From the human T2T-CHM13v2.0 reference genome, Homo sapiens, in NCBI RefSeq assembly GCF_009914755.1, contig NC_060938.1: a DNA stretch of 64,000 nt; one strand, 5' to 3'. The notes beneath the pieces are model-generated. The model worked only from the letters and a program-made list of their open reading frames with translations, was not told the DNA's origin and made no database searches. The position numbers and the translations under genes are program-made. Position 1 is the first letter of the stretch. Every line of letters starts with the position of its first letter. Positions 38,301 through 51,900 of this stretch are shown here, one piece after another.

Positions 38301-41300
38301 AGCTAGGTAGGTGGAATTATCATCCAGGCCTTCTGTAGGGACTGCTGCCACAACAGAGTGGTTGTTCCTAAGACAAAGGTCAAAAAAAGGGGTGTTAATA
38401 AACAGTCCTCAGGTTTAAGGGACTTTTTTAGGATTACATCTTAAATTCCAACAAATCAGATTTAGGAGTTACTGAAAGTGAAATTGATCCATCCCTCATC
38501 CAAACTTTGCAATACTTTCCTGTTCTGACATCATTTAGATAGTTAGCTGTATTATCAGATTAGAAACCATTGTACCAGGCTGCTGAAAGGAAAAGGAGGC
38601 AAAAAGCTAAACATGGGATGAATTCTGAACCTTTTAACCTGGCTGAAGTACGTTGGTCCCTGTTATGCAAATACCTTCAATCCTCTGCTAAGTTCAGTGG
38701 AAATAATTTTCTTGAATGACAGGTTTATTCAGCAAGGATTCAGTTGGTGATTAATCCCCCTTTGATCTAGGGTATTTCACTTAACTACCAGTTACCTCGT
38801 TCTGACAAAGTGCAACTGAGATTAGGGAGATCACTAGAACACTACCAGGGTGTGCGTTTATTCTCTATAACCTTTTAAAGCAAGGGCCAAGAATGCAATT
38901 TATTTTCAGTATTTGAAGATGTAAAGTCCTGTCTGCTAAGTTAGAAAGTCAATTGAATACCAAATGAAGTTTATTTCTTACGTAATAGAACAAACATTTC
39001 TTTTTGCTTCGCCTAACAATGATATTAGGAAACATAGGCTTTGAAGAAAGAAGAAACAAAGACTACATTCTAAGTATTGCTTCTAGTTTTGTTTCATGCA
39101 CTAGGGTATACTTAACTGGCCCTGACATAACCAAAAATCAAAGCAGTGGCTACAACTTAGACTGAGAAAATGCTTCTGTTTTATTAAGCTGCATGGTTTC
39201 TTCTCACCTTTCCCCCTACCACCACCACCACCATTAGAAAATGTCATACTGTGTGGTAAAGAAATCCAGTTGAGGAAAATGTGTTGCAGTACACAGTTAT
39301 CCACCTTAAGACTAATGATTTCGAAGCTTTGTTAACTATTTCTTTTCTTGAGGCAAAGGAGCTTCTTGTGTTTCCATTATAAGAATAATTGCATTCATTT
39401 TCAGAATGCTTTTTTAAAAAAAAAAAGTGACAGCATTACCAAAATAGCCGAGTAATTAAATTTTTTCTGCCTGCCTTTTTCTCAGTTATCTGAGTACCTC
39501 TTCTTCCATAATTTTAAATTTTGAAATATTATATGGAATTTTGCACAGTATTTTGAGAAAGAAAAGGTAATGTTTCATGGTAGGTTTCTCAATTTGCTGT
39601 TTAAAACTGTTTCAATAGCAATGTCAGTCTTTATCTTGTAAGATGTCAAATCAGGATTTATTCCTCCAGTATATTTTAAGACCTTTAAAAAAAAAGTATA
39701 GTGATTTGTTACAAAATATGTTTTTAAAGATTAGATTTTGATTAATGATTTAGTTATATACAGCATTTTAATGCTTAGTAATTACTGTTCTAGTAGCATT
39801 TTGCAATACAAGGGATGTATTTAGATTATTATACTTTTTTTGGCTCAGACTTTTTGTGATCTAATTTATAAATTGAAACAATGACTCAAAGAAGTGCATA
39901 CCTAACTTACGTTTGTGCCAAGCCAGCCTCCTCTAGTTTCAATTTAATAACTAGTTTCAAAATATATTTTGATAGCAAGTTCCTAAACCACAGCAGAATT
40001 GCGGATCAGGAAAAATACAAGATAACGGCATTCTATAAAGATAGAGGGCAGGTTCCCATGGCTATGTTGCTAAGAAACTAGTGTTTTTAATCATTACACT
40101 CCGTGCAGTCATATTTAATCAATAAAACAGGATATATTTTGAAATTCACCATCACAGAATATATATATATATACACACAACATATATATACAAGTATATG
40201 AATTTACGTAAATGTGTACAACACTAGTGTGTCTGACTTGGTGGGTTTCCCTGTGAAACATGTCAGTATCATGTAAGATGAAGAATATTTTAAGGGCAAA
40301 TATTCAAATATCTTTCCTCCAAACACAGTATTAGTTAATAGTAATGAAATGATTCATTAAACTGAAAATTGCAAAGGAACTCATGAGTTCCTTTGTGATT
40401 GAAACAAAGTGATTAAAACTCTTATGACCTGAAGGCTTTCCAACTAGCCTCCAACTGTCCGCACCAGCTGTTTCATGGATATAACATTAGTGTTTGTGTA
40501 TAGCCTGGAACAATACAAGGCTGTATCTGTATCACTAGCTTCTTGCCTTATAAGCAGGATACTGCAAGGTCTGGTTGATTTCTCTAATGCCCTAGCTAAT
40601 CTGCCTAATTGACATCAGTGTCATGTTAATGTATGATGCACAAGCATTTACAGATGGACAAATGCTCTACACTAAAAACCACCTGCTGAATTTTTTTTCC
40701 AGTAGGATGTGAAATTTTGCACTTCTAATCTGTTGAACATTTAAAGTCAAAACTACATGTTTCCTTTAAATGGCCTCTTTAAATGATATTTTATGTTTAT
40801 AAATTTTGTTATGAAAAATTTAAAAATTAGTTATTCCTCTTAAATTTTTACTTTTTCCTTCAAAGGACTTGGGTGCCCTCTGCAGGTTATAAAGAGATAA
40901 TTAGTGACTATATCTATTTTAAAACCCTGTGATTTTTCTCTTTCATACACATAGCCTGCTTACACCCAATTTCAAAGAAAGTGTGAGCTAATTTATTTAT
41001 ATTAACTCTTATTAATTTGCCAGTGGTTGAAGTTGGAGTTTCTTTTCTCCACTGGTTTTATAGGTGTGTTTAGTGTGAAGAATGTGATACCATTGAACTT
41101 CCAGACTACTTAGCTGGGGCTCTTTAAATGTTGGAACTATAGTAACACACATTCCCTCACAGAAAGGAGATTGGGAAAATAGCTATTTTGAAAGTTATTG
41201 CAGATGTAGGGAATAGCTTGTTTCCCATTATGTTTCTAGAATATTACACATTTGGAGTAAGCCTTGCTTTTTCAACATGCATCATGTAAAATTACATGAA

Positions 41301-44300
41301 AGAAAATAATTTGAAAATTACACAAGATTTCTCTTTCTTGATCTTGTTGATGATGATTGTGTTCTAGCTCAAAAAACAGACCTTCTTAGAATTTCTTATT
41401 TTTTAAAAAAGTGAGTACTCAACAGATAATACTTTGGTACTGCCCGTTGCAGACATGGGCCTACTAAACTAGAAAGAGCATTTGAAGAGCAAAAGGCAAA
41501 GGTTCCATCACCATCCTGTGGAAATACGTGAGTTGTTCATTTCAGTACACCCATAGTTTCTCAACAGGTGTAGCAGATTTGTTTCTAAAGGACATAGGAG
41601 TGCATTTTTTATATGAAACCAGAACTGGAGTGGTAATGGCACTTCTGATTCAATTAACTTACTTGGTGAAGCTGCCAGGGAAACTAAATATGATGAGAAG
41701 AAGAGGAATGACTGGATCAAATTAATAGAAATAGATCTTTTTGCAAGCAACATAATGATTCTGATCATCAACCTTGAAAAGTAAATTAGAACAAGCAAAT
41801 TGCTGTTGAAAAATTCTTTCAGCACTCTGCTGTTGCTACTCAGCTAGTCATAGCTCAGCCAGAGGGAAGGAAAAAATGCACTCGGTTTTGCATTAACAAA
41901 GGAAACATTATTAAAGTGAATGTTTACATTGTGTTTATTGAAGTGTTGAAAGAATATTTGTTGCATCTTCAAGCAACCTGCTGCTCTCCAGACTGTTACA
42001 GTGCATGAGTGATAATAAAAATGAGTCAGTCACTTGTACATTTTAGAAAATAAATAACTTTTAACATAGTATTTCTCAACTATGTTACTTCAAAATGTTT
42101 AAGTGCCAAACTTAATGTTACCTTCTCTGCTAAAGATTTTTGTCTCTAGGAAATATATTCCATTAAAAAAAAAAAGAAAGAAACTCATTTATTTATTTAT
42201 TTGGGTATACCTTCCAGTTACTTCCAGATGCTTTATGTAACTTTCCTCCCAGAAGCTGCAATACATAAGAAATAATAAGCTGAAAATAATCAAAAAATGA
42301 AAACAATTGTGAAATTACTGAAATGAGTATGTAATTGAGTATGTAATATATGCATTGGAGAAATACCGGTTGATTATTGTGATAACTTTTGAGAGCTACA
42401 GTTATTTTGAACTACCTCGTAAAGACTACATTGAGAATGAAAAAGCCATTGAACAATAGATGTACCAATTTGACCTTTAAAAGTTCAATCTTTATTATAT
42501 GCATTGATAAATGGGAAAGTTAGTAATTAAAAATTTAGAAGGAATTTTAGCCTTTACCTTTCTAAAATGAACAATTTAAATCACTCTTACACTTTAGAAA
42601 TTGAAATATAGTATTTAACAGGGATTAAAATGTTTTACTTGGTCTCTTAGTGTTACTGAATACAAGTTTAGTATTCTGTAATCCCTTATGGATTGGCTGA
42701 TTTTTGAAGAACTATTTTCTTAGATTTACCAACAGGACAAGTTGTCGGCCTTTTCCCACATTTCAACCTAAAAATGGTATCTATCACAGTTATCAAAGAT
42801 TACCCCTTGCTAAAGGCTCTTAAGAAACTGTTAGCCTGTTACTTTATTACTTACCATTTCTATAACATGTACATTTATAGAGCATCATATATTTATTTTA
42901 AGTCTAGAATCAGTAAAAAGTTATGTGTTTGTCAATAATCAAAAAATGTTTAATCTAAAATAAAGTAGATGCCACGCTTCTAATTCTGCTTTTGCTAAGG
43001 CAATAATCAGTAGAAGTGGTTAGTAATATTTGTAGCTTGTTAACCAACTGGAGCAAAAGGACTTTTTAATATGAATAACAGTGGTCTCGTGCCATAAGTA
43101 TTTCTCTCATACATATTAAAATAGCATGTTATTTTATTTAATATTGAAGGCCTAAACACAATTGAACATAAGGTATGGCTTGGAATTTAGAACTGCTGAG
43201 CAATATGGTTGAGAGGGAGACCTTAATTTAGTCAATAAAAATTCATAATTAATGTTAAGCTTTGTGCTCATATTATATGCCACTCTGGGATTAGACAAAA
43301 GACGAAAAACAGTTCCATATTTTGAACGATATATTCTACCTCCTGCAGTGTATTAGCATTGTAGCGTAGGAGACTATTTCTGTATGTTATTAGTACAGAA
43401 ACTGCCCAAAAAGGTGATGGTTGAAGTTCCCCAGCCAGTTAAAGGGCACACCGTGGGGGCAGCATATCTCCATGGGTCTATCTCTAGCAAACAGAATCCC
43501 AGAAACTTGAGCACCTGATATAGCAGAAGGAAATAAAGATTATAGTAAGTATATTCATGAGAGAGAATTTTTTTTGCCTCCAGATGTTTGGGGTTTGGAT
43601 ATGTAGGGTAAATATAAATGTCTAATGAAAGTAATTACTATTATATTTGATTTGATATTTAATTTATTATACTGAAATACTAAATTAAATACAAAAAAAC
43701 TCCTACATACTAACTATATGTTTCTCCCACTGATTCCCCTCCTGCCTCCTTCACTGATTTTGAATGTGTGCTCAATTTGCTAGTATGAGATTTACCTCTG
43801 CCTTATCAGTGAAGAAAATATGATGTCTATATAGAATTATAAGGAAAATATATATGTGAAGAAATGTTAGGTAATCTAACATTTGTATGCTAATGTGTCT
43901 TAGATTTACCAACTATCCTAATGTGTAGTCAATTGATAAACTAAATTTTTCTTTAGGATAGTTCACATCCAGTAGAACTTCTACCTTGGAAAACATTCTT
44001 AGCCTTGTTTATTTTGAATGTATGTGTGTGTGTGTGCATGTGTGGAAAACAAGAAAAATACAAGCTCTAGAGTAGTGGCCTCACATTGATTTATATTAGT
44101 GTGCCAGTCTTTCCCCTACCTCCCTAATATTTCAAACTTCTTGTGGACAATGACATTCATTTTCATACCTTTATATTTCCAGTGCCACCAGAAACACAAA
44201 AGCAGCTTAGTGTTGATTTAATGAAGTAGCAAAATGTTAAATACATAACAAAACAGATTGTCCTGTCACCTAAAACAAATTAGTGATGTTTGAGTAATTA

Positions 44301-44784
44301 GGGTTTTGCATGTGTATATAGAAAGGCTATTTTGCAAACAGTGGTTCAGTCTGTATTGGGCACAGGTGAATTCTGCCCTGCGATTGCCATCTTTAGCACT
44401 TTTCAGAGAATTTGTTGCCATTTATGACACTGATCTTCAGACACACTGTGTAGTGCCTTGGCTTAAACTGTCAGACTGGCAACAGCTGAGGCTGCCCATC
44501 ATAGGACACGTTCCTTGCAGTTATGCTTCAGTGAACTTTAAAACATTTGGCACTCGTATCTTAGAAATGTCCTTCCGAAACTCACTCTACAACAGCTTTG
44601 TGGGCTCCCTACTATTTACTAGAGTCAATCCTGATTTTGTTTGGCATAATGAGACCTGATATGCTATGACTCTCCCTATCCTATAAAGCCACAGCTTTCA
44701 GCGGTCCCCGTATACTAATGAAATGGAGTCGCCAGTATCCAAAAGTTCCAAGTGATTATTTAGAACATTTCCATTAACCATAAA

Positions 44785-44990
44785 GGCAAAGTGGTATAGA
44801 GAAAATAATACAGTCTTTGAAGTCACACAGGCCTGATTTCAAATCCCAGCTCTGTCATTTACAAACTGGGTGGTCCTGGATAAATTACTTAACCTCTGTG
44901 GTCTTCAGTTTCCTCCCAACTTTGTAGGGTTATTGTGAGCATTGAATGATACCAAGTTATAAGTGCATAGGTATTCAATCAGTGTTCATT
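44785..44990 (+). mobile_element. MIR
   Basis: ttcaaatcccagctctgtcatttac...ataaattacttaacctctgtggtcttcagtttcctc. Confidence 0.8.
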
Positions 44991-45168
44991 CCCTTCTGTA
45001 TCAAAGACTTATAATGGCCTTTTCATGGAATTGTCTCTACCTATAATTATGTGACTGTGCCTTCAGATTATCAAAATTATATGAATTGTCCATGTGCCCT
45101 TGGTTTTGAATGTTCAATTCTGTATTGCAGGAATGCCTACTCAGTTGCTTGAATGGGTGTTTGGAGTT

Positions 45169-45174
45169 AATAAA
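45169..45174 (+). terminator. Candidate distal polyadenylation signal
   Basis: AATAAA then gagtgggtgtaagtgtttt starting ~15 nt downstream. Confidence 0.5.
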
Positions 45175-47162
45175 ATGGCTGTACAATTGAGTGGGTGTAA
45201 GTGTTTTATAAAGTTTGCTAAAGTTTAACAATTCGTCATTATTCATGGAAAGAAGTTTTCTCAAAATTCACAAATTATAAGAAAACAGTTATATTCTACC
45301 CAAAGTGGGATTGAGTGAAAATAAAATTCTTCCACAGGAACATTGAACAAATGTGGTAATAATGCACAAACTATTAATAGAGCTCAATTAACTTCTGGAG
45401 GTCTTTTACATTGTCCAACATATGGTCCGTACCATTCATAACAAATTGCTGTTTGTGGAAGTCATTTCTTTTTAAGATGAACCATGATCAAACCGGAGTT
45501 GGATGTCTGGTAAAGAGATGAATATGTTCAGAATATTCTAACACACATTGCATAAAATACTGTACTGGGGCCTGTTTGGTGGTGGGGGGGTGTGGGAATG
45601 TACAATTAGAGTAAGTACCTGCTTTCCTAAAATTTACAATCTAAAAGATGTAGAAATGCTTTGAGTACCAGCTGTTATCTCTTGGGGTTTCTTGACTTTT
45701 TTTTCATAAAAAAATAGAAAAATATTGACAACATAAAATGTTTTAATATCAGATTGTTTGATTTATTCATGTGGTGAAACATTTGAGTTGTCAAATTTTG
45801 CTTCCTGAAAATCTGAAGTTTCAGAACAAGGGCACTTAAATCTCAGTAATGCTAAAAGGAGTGGGAGATAATTTGTTCTCATCTCACAGAAAAGACACAT
45901 TTTGTTTTGTTTTATTCTACCAGCATTTTGCCCAAATTTGCTCCATTGGATAAGGTATCCTAGGCTGCAGCTACACATTTCTGATGGCAGTGGGTATATT
46001 CCTTCATCTTCCCTGGGTTGCGTCTCTGCCACAATGCCAAGTTTCTCTCATGTTTGAAAAGAGAAAAATAAATGACATCGAAGCCTGGATTTGATCCTCA
46101 GAAACTCCCGGAGACCACTCCCCTACACTCAAGGAGCTTCCTGACTTCCCAGTCCTGCATAGGAGGGCCCCCACCCTCCAGGGAGGCACAGTTGGTAGTG
46201 CCAGAGAGCTTCTTAGGAACTACACATATTCCCATCTTTTAATAGTTACTTCTCTTTGTGTCTTCTATTTCTGGCAAACACATTTGTTTTACATTTTTAA
46301 TAGTGATTTAAAGTTCTCTTTAAATAAATTTAAAAGGAATTCATATAAAGAAAATGAGTAAATCATTTGGGTAGAGTATAGCTAACATAAAGGTTAAAAC
46401 TCAAATGAGTGCACAGTAATCTTGGGCCTTTGTGAAAACCAAAGATTGATGCTTAGGGAATCCAAAAGAAAGATAACTTTTTATTATCCTACGTAAGATA
46501 GTTTCTCAATAAAGCCTTTGGCAGGCTTAGTAAGCAATGTAGTCAGTGGAGAATATACTCTGGCTGTAGCATTAGGCAGGCCACAGTTCAAATGCCATCT
46601 CTGTTTAAGAAGGTCTCCTGGGGCCCAGGGACCTCATTTATAAAATAGGAACCTTACATCTTAAGACTGGTGTATGAATTAAATGATGTAGCACATACAA
46701 AGTGAATGCGACATAGGTGATGCCTGTTCATTCCCTTTGACTCCCCTCGAATATCAATGTCAGCTGTTTCTATTAATGACTTATGAACTGAAAATAGGTC
46801 ATAATTATTTACATTCCAATTATTGTTTGTAATGTATTCTAGTATAATAGGGAAAAGCCAAGTATTAAATCCTCATGTTTACTGCAACACATAGAAATCA
46901 AAAGTTTATGTCAATGGCAGAGTCAGGTTTAGATTTTCATCTAGTTAAGCTAACCAGTGCCACCTCACCTACACACACACACACATATTAGTATATATAT
47001 GTTTTGTAACAGATTATTTTCCTCTCTGGTTTGGTAACTAGGAAACTGACAGCTGAAATTCTGATCTTTATTAGAGGTATGCAGAGGCTTTTCATTTACA
47101 TGCTTTGTTAATAGCTTTGTATTGTCTTCATTTTTCTATTCTATCCTTATTTTCCCTTTGCC

Positions 47163-47166
<4 letters not shown>

Positions 47167-47197
<31 letters not shown>

Positions 47198-47478
47198 CTA
47201 GGGTCTTGCTCTGTCACGTAGGCTGGAGTGCAGTGGTGTGATCACGGGTCACTGCAGTCTCAATCTTCCAGGCTCTGCATTCCTCCCGCCTCAGCCTCCC
47301 AAGTATCTAGGACTAAAGGTGCCTACCACCATGCCCAGCTAATTTTTAAAACCTTTTTTTGTAGAGATGGGGTCTCGCTATGTTGCCCAGACTGGTCTCA
47401 ATTTCCTGGGCTCTAGCAATCCTTCCACTTCAGCCTCCCAAAGTGCTGTGATTACAGGTGTGAGTCACCTCTCCCACC
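47167..47478 (-). mobile_element. Alu (AluJ-like) with long T tail
   Basis: Reverse-complement Alu; TSD cctcaat. Confidence 0.92.
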
Positions 47479-49481
47479 CTCAATCTATTTTTTATGTTGC
47501 ATCCTATTGTACTACCCTATCATATTGTACTGATCTTTATTAATGATATACTACTATATCTCTTATAGTTTTCTCAAATCATTTTTGGAATAAGGCTGAG
47601 GATAATTATATATGCAAAATAATGTCAACCCACTGCTGAGTGATGTTCTAGGCCAAATTTAGAAAAAAAGATTGGGGAAAATGTAGTGTGATCCTGAAAC
47701 TGATGTCAGATAATTCCCTGGTGGCTTCTAAATTTAAGCATTTCATTCTTGCCCACACACGGCTGTGTTATGCCACTGATTGTTGCTTTACATCAATAGC
47801 CATTAAAATCTATTTGACTATTAAAAGAAAAAGGAGGACTCACATCATTAACAACTCTACCAGTTCAAATACATGTCTTTCAAATTAGTCTCCTCTAGAT
47901 ATGATTCCAGTGTATCCTAGCTAGAAAAATATTCAGGGGACCTCTCTTGGAAAAGTCTTCGAAGCTAATTTAGAAGCTACAAAAGAAAAATGAACCTCAT
48001 AATTTCCTCTTTTGTTTAAATAAAAACCATTTTATCTAACATAATTAACCACCTTATATTCATGAGGCTCAATACATCAAATATTTGGAAGAATATGCTA
48101 CATGGTTTAAAGGCCATTCACAAAGAAAAAAATTCCCAGAAAGATTTGGGACAATGGCAGAATCATTGGAATAAGTGTGTAGTTAACCAAAGACGACTTG
48201 GAGGCTCAGTTGCAAGTTCTGATGTGTTTGTTTTTAAATGAATCTCAATAGGACACCCCATACAGCATAATCCTACATGTTTCTAGGGAGCCAAAATATT
48301 CTAAATATCAAGATTTTTTTGGGTTTTGTTTGTACAAAGCATAAAGATAAATTATAAAAATAAAAACAATTATTTGGAAGTCTTTTGTAACAAATATTTT
48401 GACAGGAAAATTACAGCAATCGTAGCTGTAGCGTATAGTCTAGGACTGGGACTGCTTTGAATGAAGGGAAAATAAAAGAGTATTTGTATATGTGTTTTCA
48501 TATTCTAATTTGAAATAGTCTATCAAGAGAAACTAAAAATTATGTTTTATAGCTCATTTTCACTCTTATGACAATCTTGGAATTATTTTTATTTAATGTT
48601 ACATATTTTCTGGCATTTTTACTTTAATTATTTTTAGCTATTCACCCACAAGTGCAGTAAGGCTGACATAATTACCTCCTTTAATTCACAAAAGACATGT
48701 ATTTACCTATTTGTTATAATGCTTCCTATGCTAGCATGCTGTTACTATGACAAGACTACTCTGAACACACAGTAGGTAAAATAGTACCGTATATTGCACA
48801 GCAACCCCAATAACTGAATGTTAATTTAACCAATCAAGACAAAGTAACTGCAATAATAAGAATTCTTATCTTTTAACCGAATTAAACGGAGCTCAGATTG
48901 GTCTTAAGTAGCTCATTGTTTTAGCAATCACTAGAAAAATCAGCCAGTGAAGGTACAAAGTGTATTTGCAAAGCTGCAGCTAATTAAGAGCTCCGAGTAA
49001 AAGATCTCATTGTAGTACCAGTGTTGTAGGTATTAGTGTCATATCTAGAGTATTTGACACCTAAAGTGGATTTTTTTAATACCCATCTTCACAGGACAAA
49101 ATTATTTTCAGTAATAATCATGAAAGGAACGAGAATGATGGCTGAAAAATGAGTGCAGATACTAAAAATGGTCTTTTATTGAAAATGTGTGTGTGTATGC
49201 ATAATAATCATGCCAGTACAAAAATTTAAAAAGGAAATATTACAGAATAAAAAATACCAATACTTTTAAATTACATTATATATCTCAAAAAGAGGGGAGA
49301 GTTTATACCTACATGTTAGTCTGTCTCAGTAATGCATACTAACATTACAGTAACTGGTAACTGAGTTTTAGTAAAACCAAAACATCTGCAAAAGGTACAA
49401 TTTAGACAACTAGATTACACCACTGACGTAACATTCTGTTTTCTTGAGTTATTCTTTAGTTAAAAAAAAAAAAAATGGTTA

Positions 49482-49802
<321 letters not shown>

Positions 49803-51619
49803 CTATTCAAATTTAGTAAAAGATGATGCTTGAAATAAAATTTGCACTTGTCAAAAACATTAAATTTACACTTGTGAAAAACATGCCTCAGACTTGGCAT
49901 GCTGCTTCACTATTGTAATAAAAACTACACAGAATGACCTAATTGAAGTAACTCAGGTTCTGTTTCTTCATCTTTAAAATCACAGCGCTAAATTGTTAAT
50001 TTCAACTATACTGCTTAAACATAGAAATTGGCTTCAAAGTGAGTTTCAGCACTTCACAATTGTTACTCTCAAAAAGAATGGGTATAGCAGAGCCCTTTTG
50101 TGGGGGATTAACTGTACAATTGGAAATTCTCCAAATTAATTTACATGTAGGATACAATGTTTATTAAAGGGTAAGTTATCAAGATGTGCTCCTTTGAAAC
50201 TTTCATATGTTTTATTTCAACTCAACCACAACCAGAGCAATTGTTTAGAATTTAACACAAGGCAGTTTACAGGAGGATTATTTTATTATTCGCATAGTTT
50301 AGAATTGGTGGCACATAGTGATAATGAAAAGCAGACAAATTTTGGTCAGTTTTATTACGTGTACTTCTCTACAGACATTGCATCCCCTTTTGCCTGCATC
50401 AGGAGGGGACTACCCTGCCCTCGACACATTACTGCATTCCCTCATTTCATCTCTCTCGACAAAAACGTGCTTTGTTTTGTGCCAGGGACATCCAACTGCA
50501 GAAAACCTTCAAAGATGTGCTGCACCAACCTTGAACGTTATATGTTCATCAATATTCACTTAGTAAGAAGGAGATCCAAGGATGCTATCTATTAGTAAAT
50601 TAACAATTCTCAAATAATTGTGTGTCAACCACATGCTTCCAAGGGCGTTTATACAACGTGATTAGTTCTGCATCATATTCCACCATTAACACTATGCAGG
50701 CTCGTTTGACCCATTTTACTGGGGAGGAAATTCAGAGCTGGCCTTAGGTGGGCAGTTGACCCTCAGCATTTTTGCTTTCTCTTTGAGTACATTACTAGTA
50801 TCCACTTTGCCCCTTCTCCATACCTAAAATCTCAGTACTTCTGTGTGCCTAGATTTTGGGAATCACTTCCAAGTCTCTGTGTCCCCACTGAAGTATTAGC
50901 GACTTCACGTGCTCTAATATTAGAGGATTCGCTTTTCAGATAGAATGTTGCAAAGTGAGTAAAGCTGAGCAAAAAGGCCAATGGTGCGATTTCTGACATT
51001 GACAGTGTTCTGTATTTGGGGCTATAGGGCCTCCATACTGTTAGATACCTTTCAAACTATGCTACATCAGCACCTCCTTATTCATCCTACTCATGTGGTC
51101 CATCCACCTTGATAAAGGGACAGCCAAAATTATTACTCGTGATTGCAAACAGGGAATTAGGGCTCATGAGCTTATGGGAGCATCTATCCTCATGAGCACA
51201 GGTTATCAAATCTTTTTATAAAGTCACAGGGCTTTTCCATCTTAAAACTAAAACAACACTCCCCCACTCCCCAAGATCCACACAGTGCAAGTAGCTGTGC
51301 AATCACAATTATATCTATTTTCAGTTTCTAAATCTGAAAAATGTGGAAGCAAGACGATTAGATTATCTGTTTTTTTATCCATCTCTTTTTAAATCTTTTA
51401 AAAAGTCAACCTCTTTTTTTTAAATTAGATCTCTTTTTAAATTAGTGTAGGTATCAAATTTTATTGTTAGTAGCCATGAGAGATGAGACAAATTAAGAAA
51501 AAAGTAATGATGACAATGATGACAGGGTTCATAGTTAAGGAAGTTGAGTTATAAAAATCTTCATCTATAATTTTGGAGGTTGGGTCACAATTTTAAAAAT
51601 TAATACATTTTACCTATAG

Positions 51620-51900
51620 ATAACTATTTGTTGAACATCTACTATGTGCCAGGCATTATTCTAGTCACTGGAGATCAGCATGAATAAAACAAAATCCCCT
51701 GATCTCAAGGAGCTTAACTACAGTAAGATGAGATAGAAAATAAAGATGTAAATAAGTAAAATACATAGTATATGAGGTGGTGATAAATTCTTTGGAGTTA
51801 AAAAAAGAGGGGAGGGGTAATCAGGACAAAGAGTCCTAGGAATGGAAGTGGGGTACAATTTTTACAACGTAATGTATAGTGGTCACAAAATGGGGGAGAG
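51620..51900 (-). mobile_element. L2 3' fragment
   Basis: tatttgttgaacatctactatgtgccaggcattattctag...aaaatcccctgatctcaaggagctta. Confidence 0.75.

Larger units (their letters stand above)
35333..45195 (+). other. AP5M1: AP5M1 3' UTR (long form; end inferred)
   Basis: AATAAA at 35943, 37808, 40121, 42014 and 45169; the last is followed by a GT/T-rich downstream element; agrees with my recollection of a very long annotated UTR. Confidence 0.5.

Noticed and set aside
42324-42348. Short perfect tandem duplications (tgagtatgtaat x2; also ccatatttat x2 near 52720)
   Set aside because: Ordinary slippage duplications
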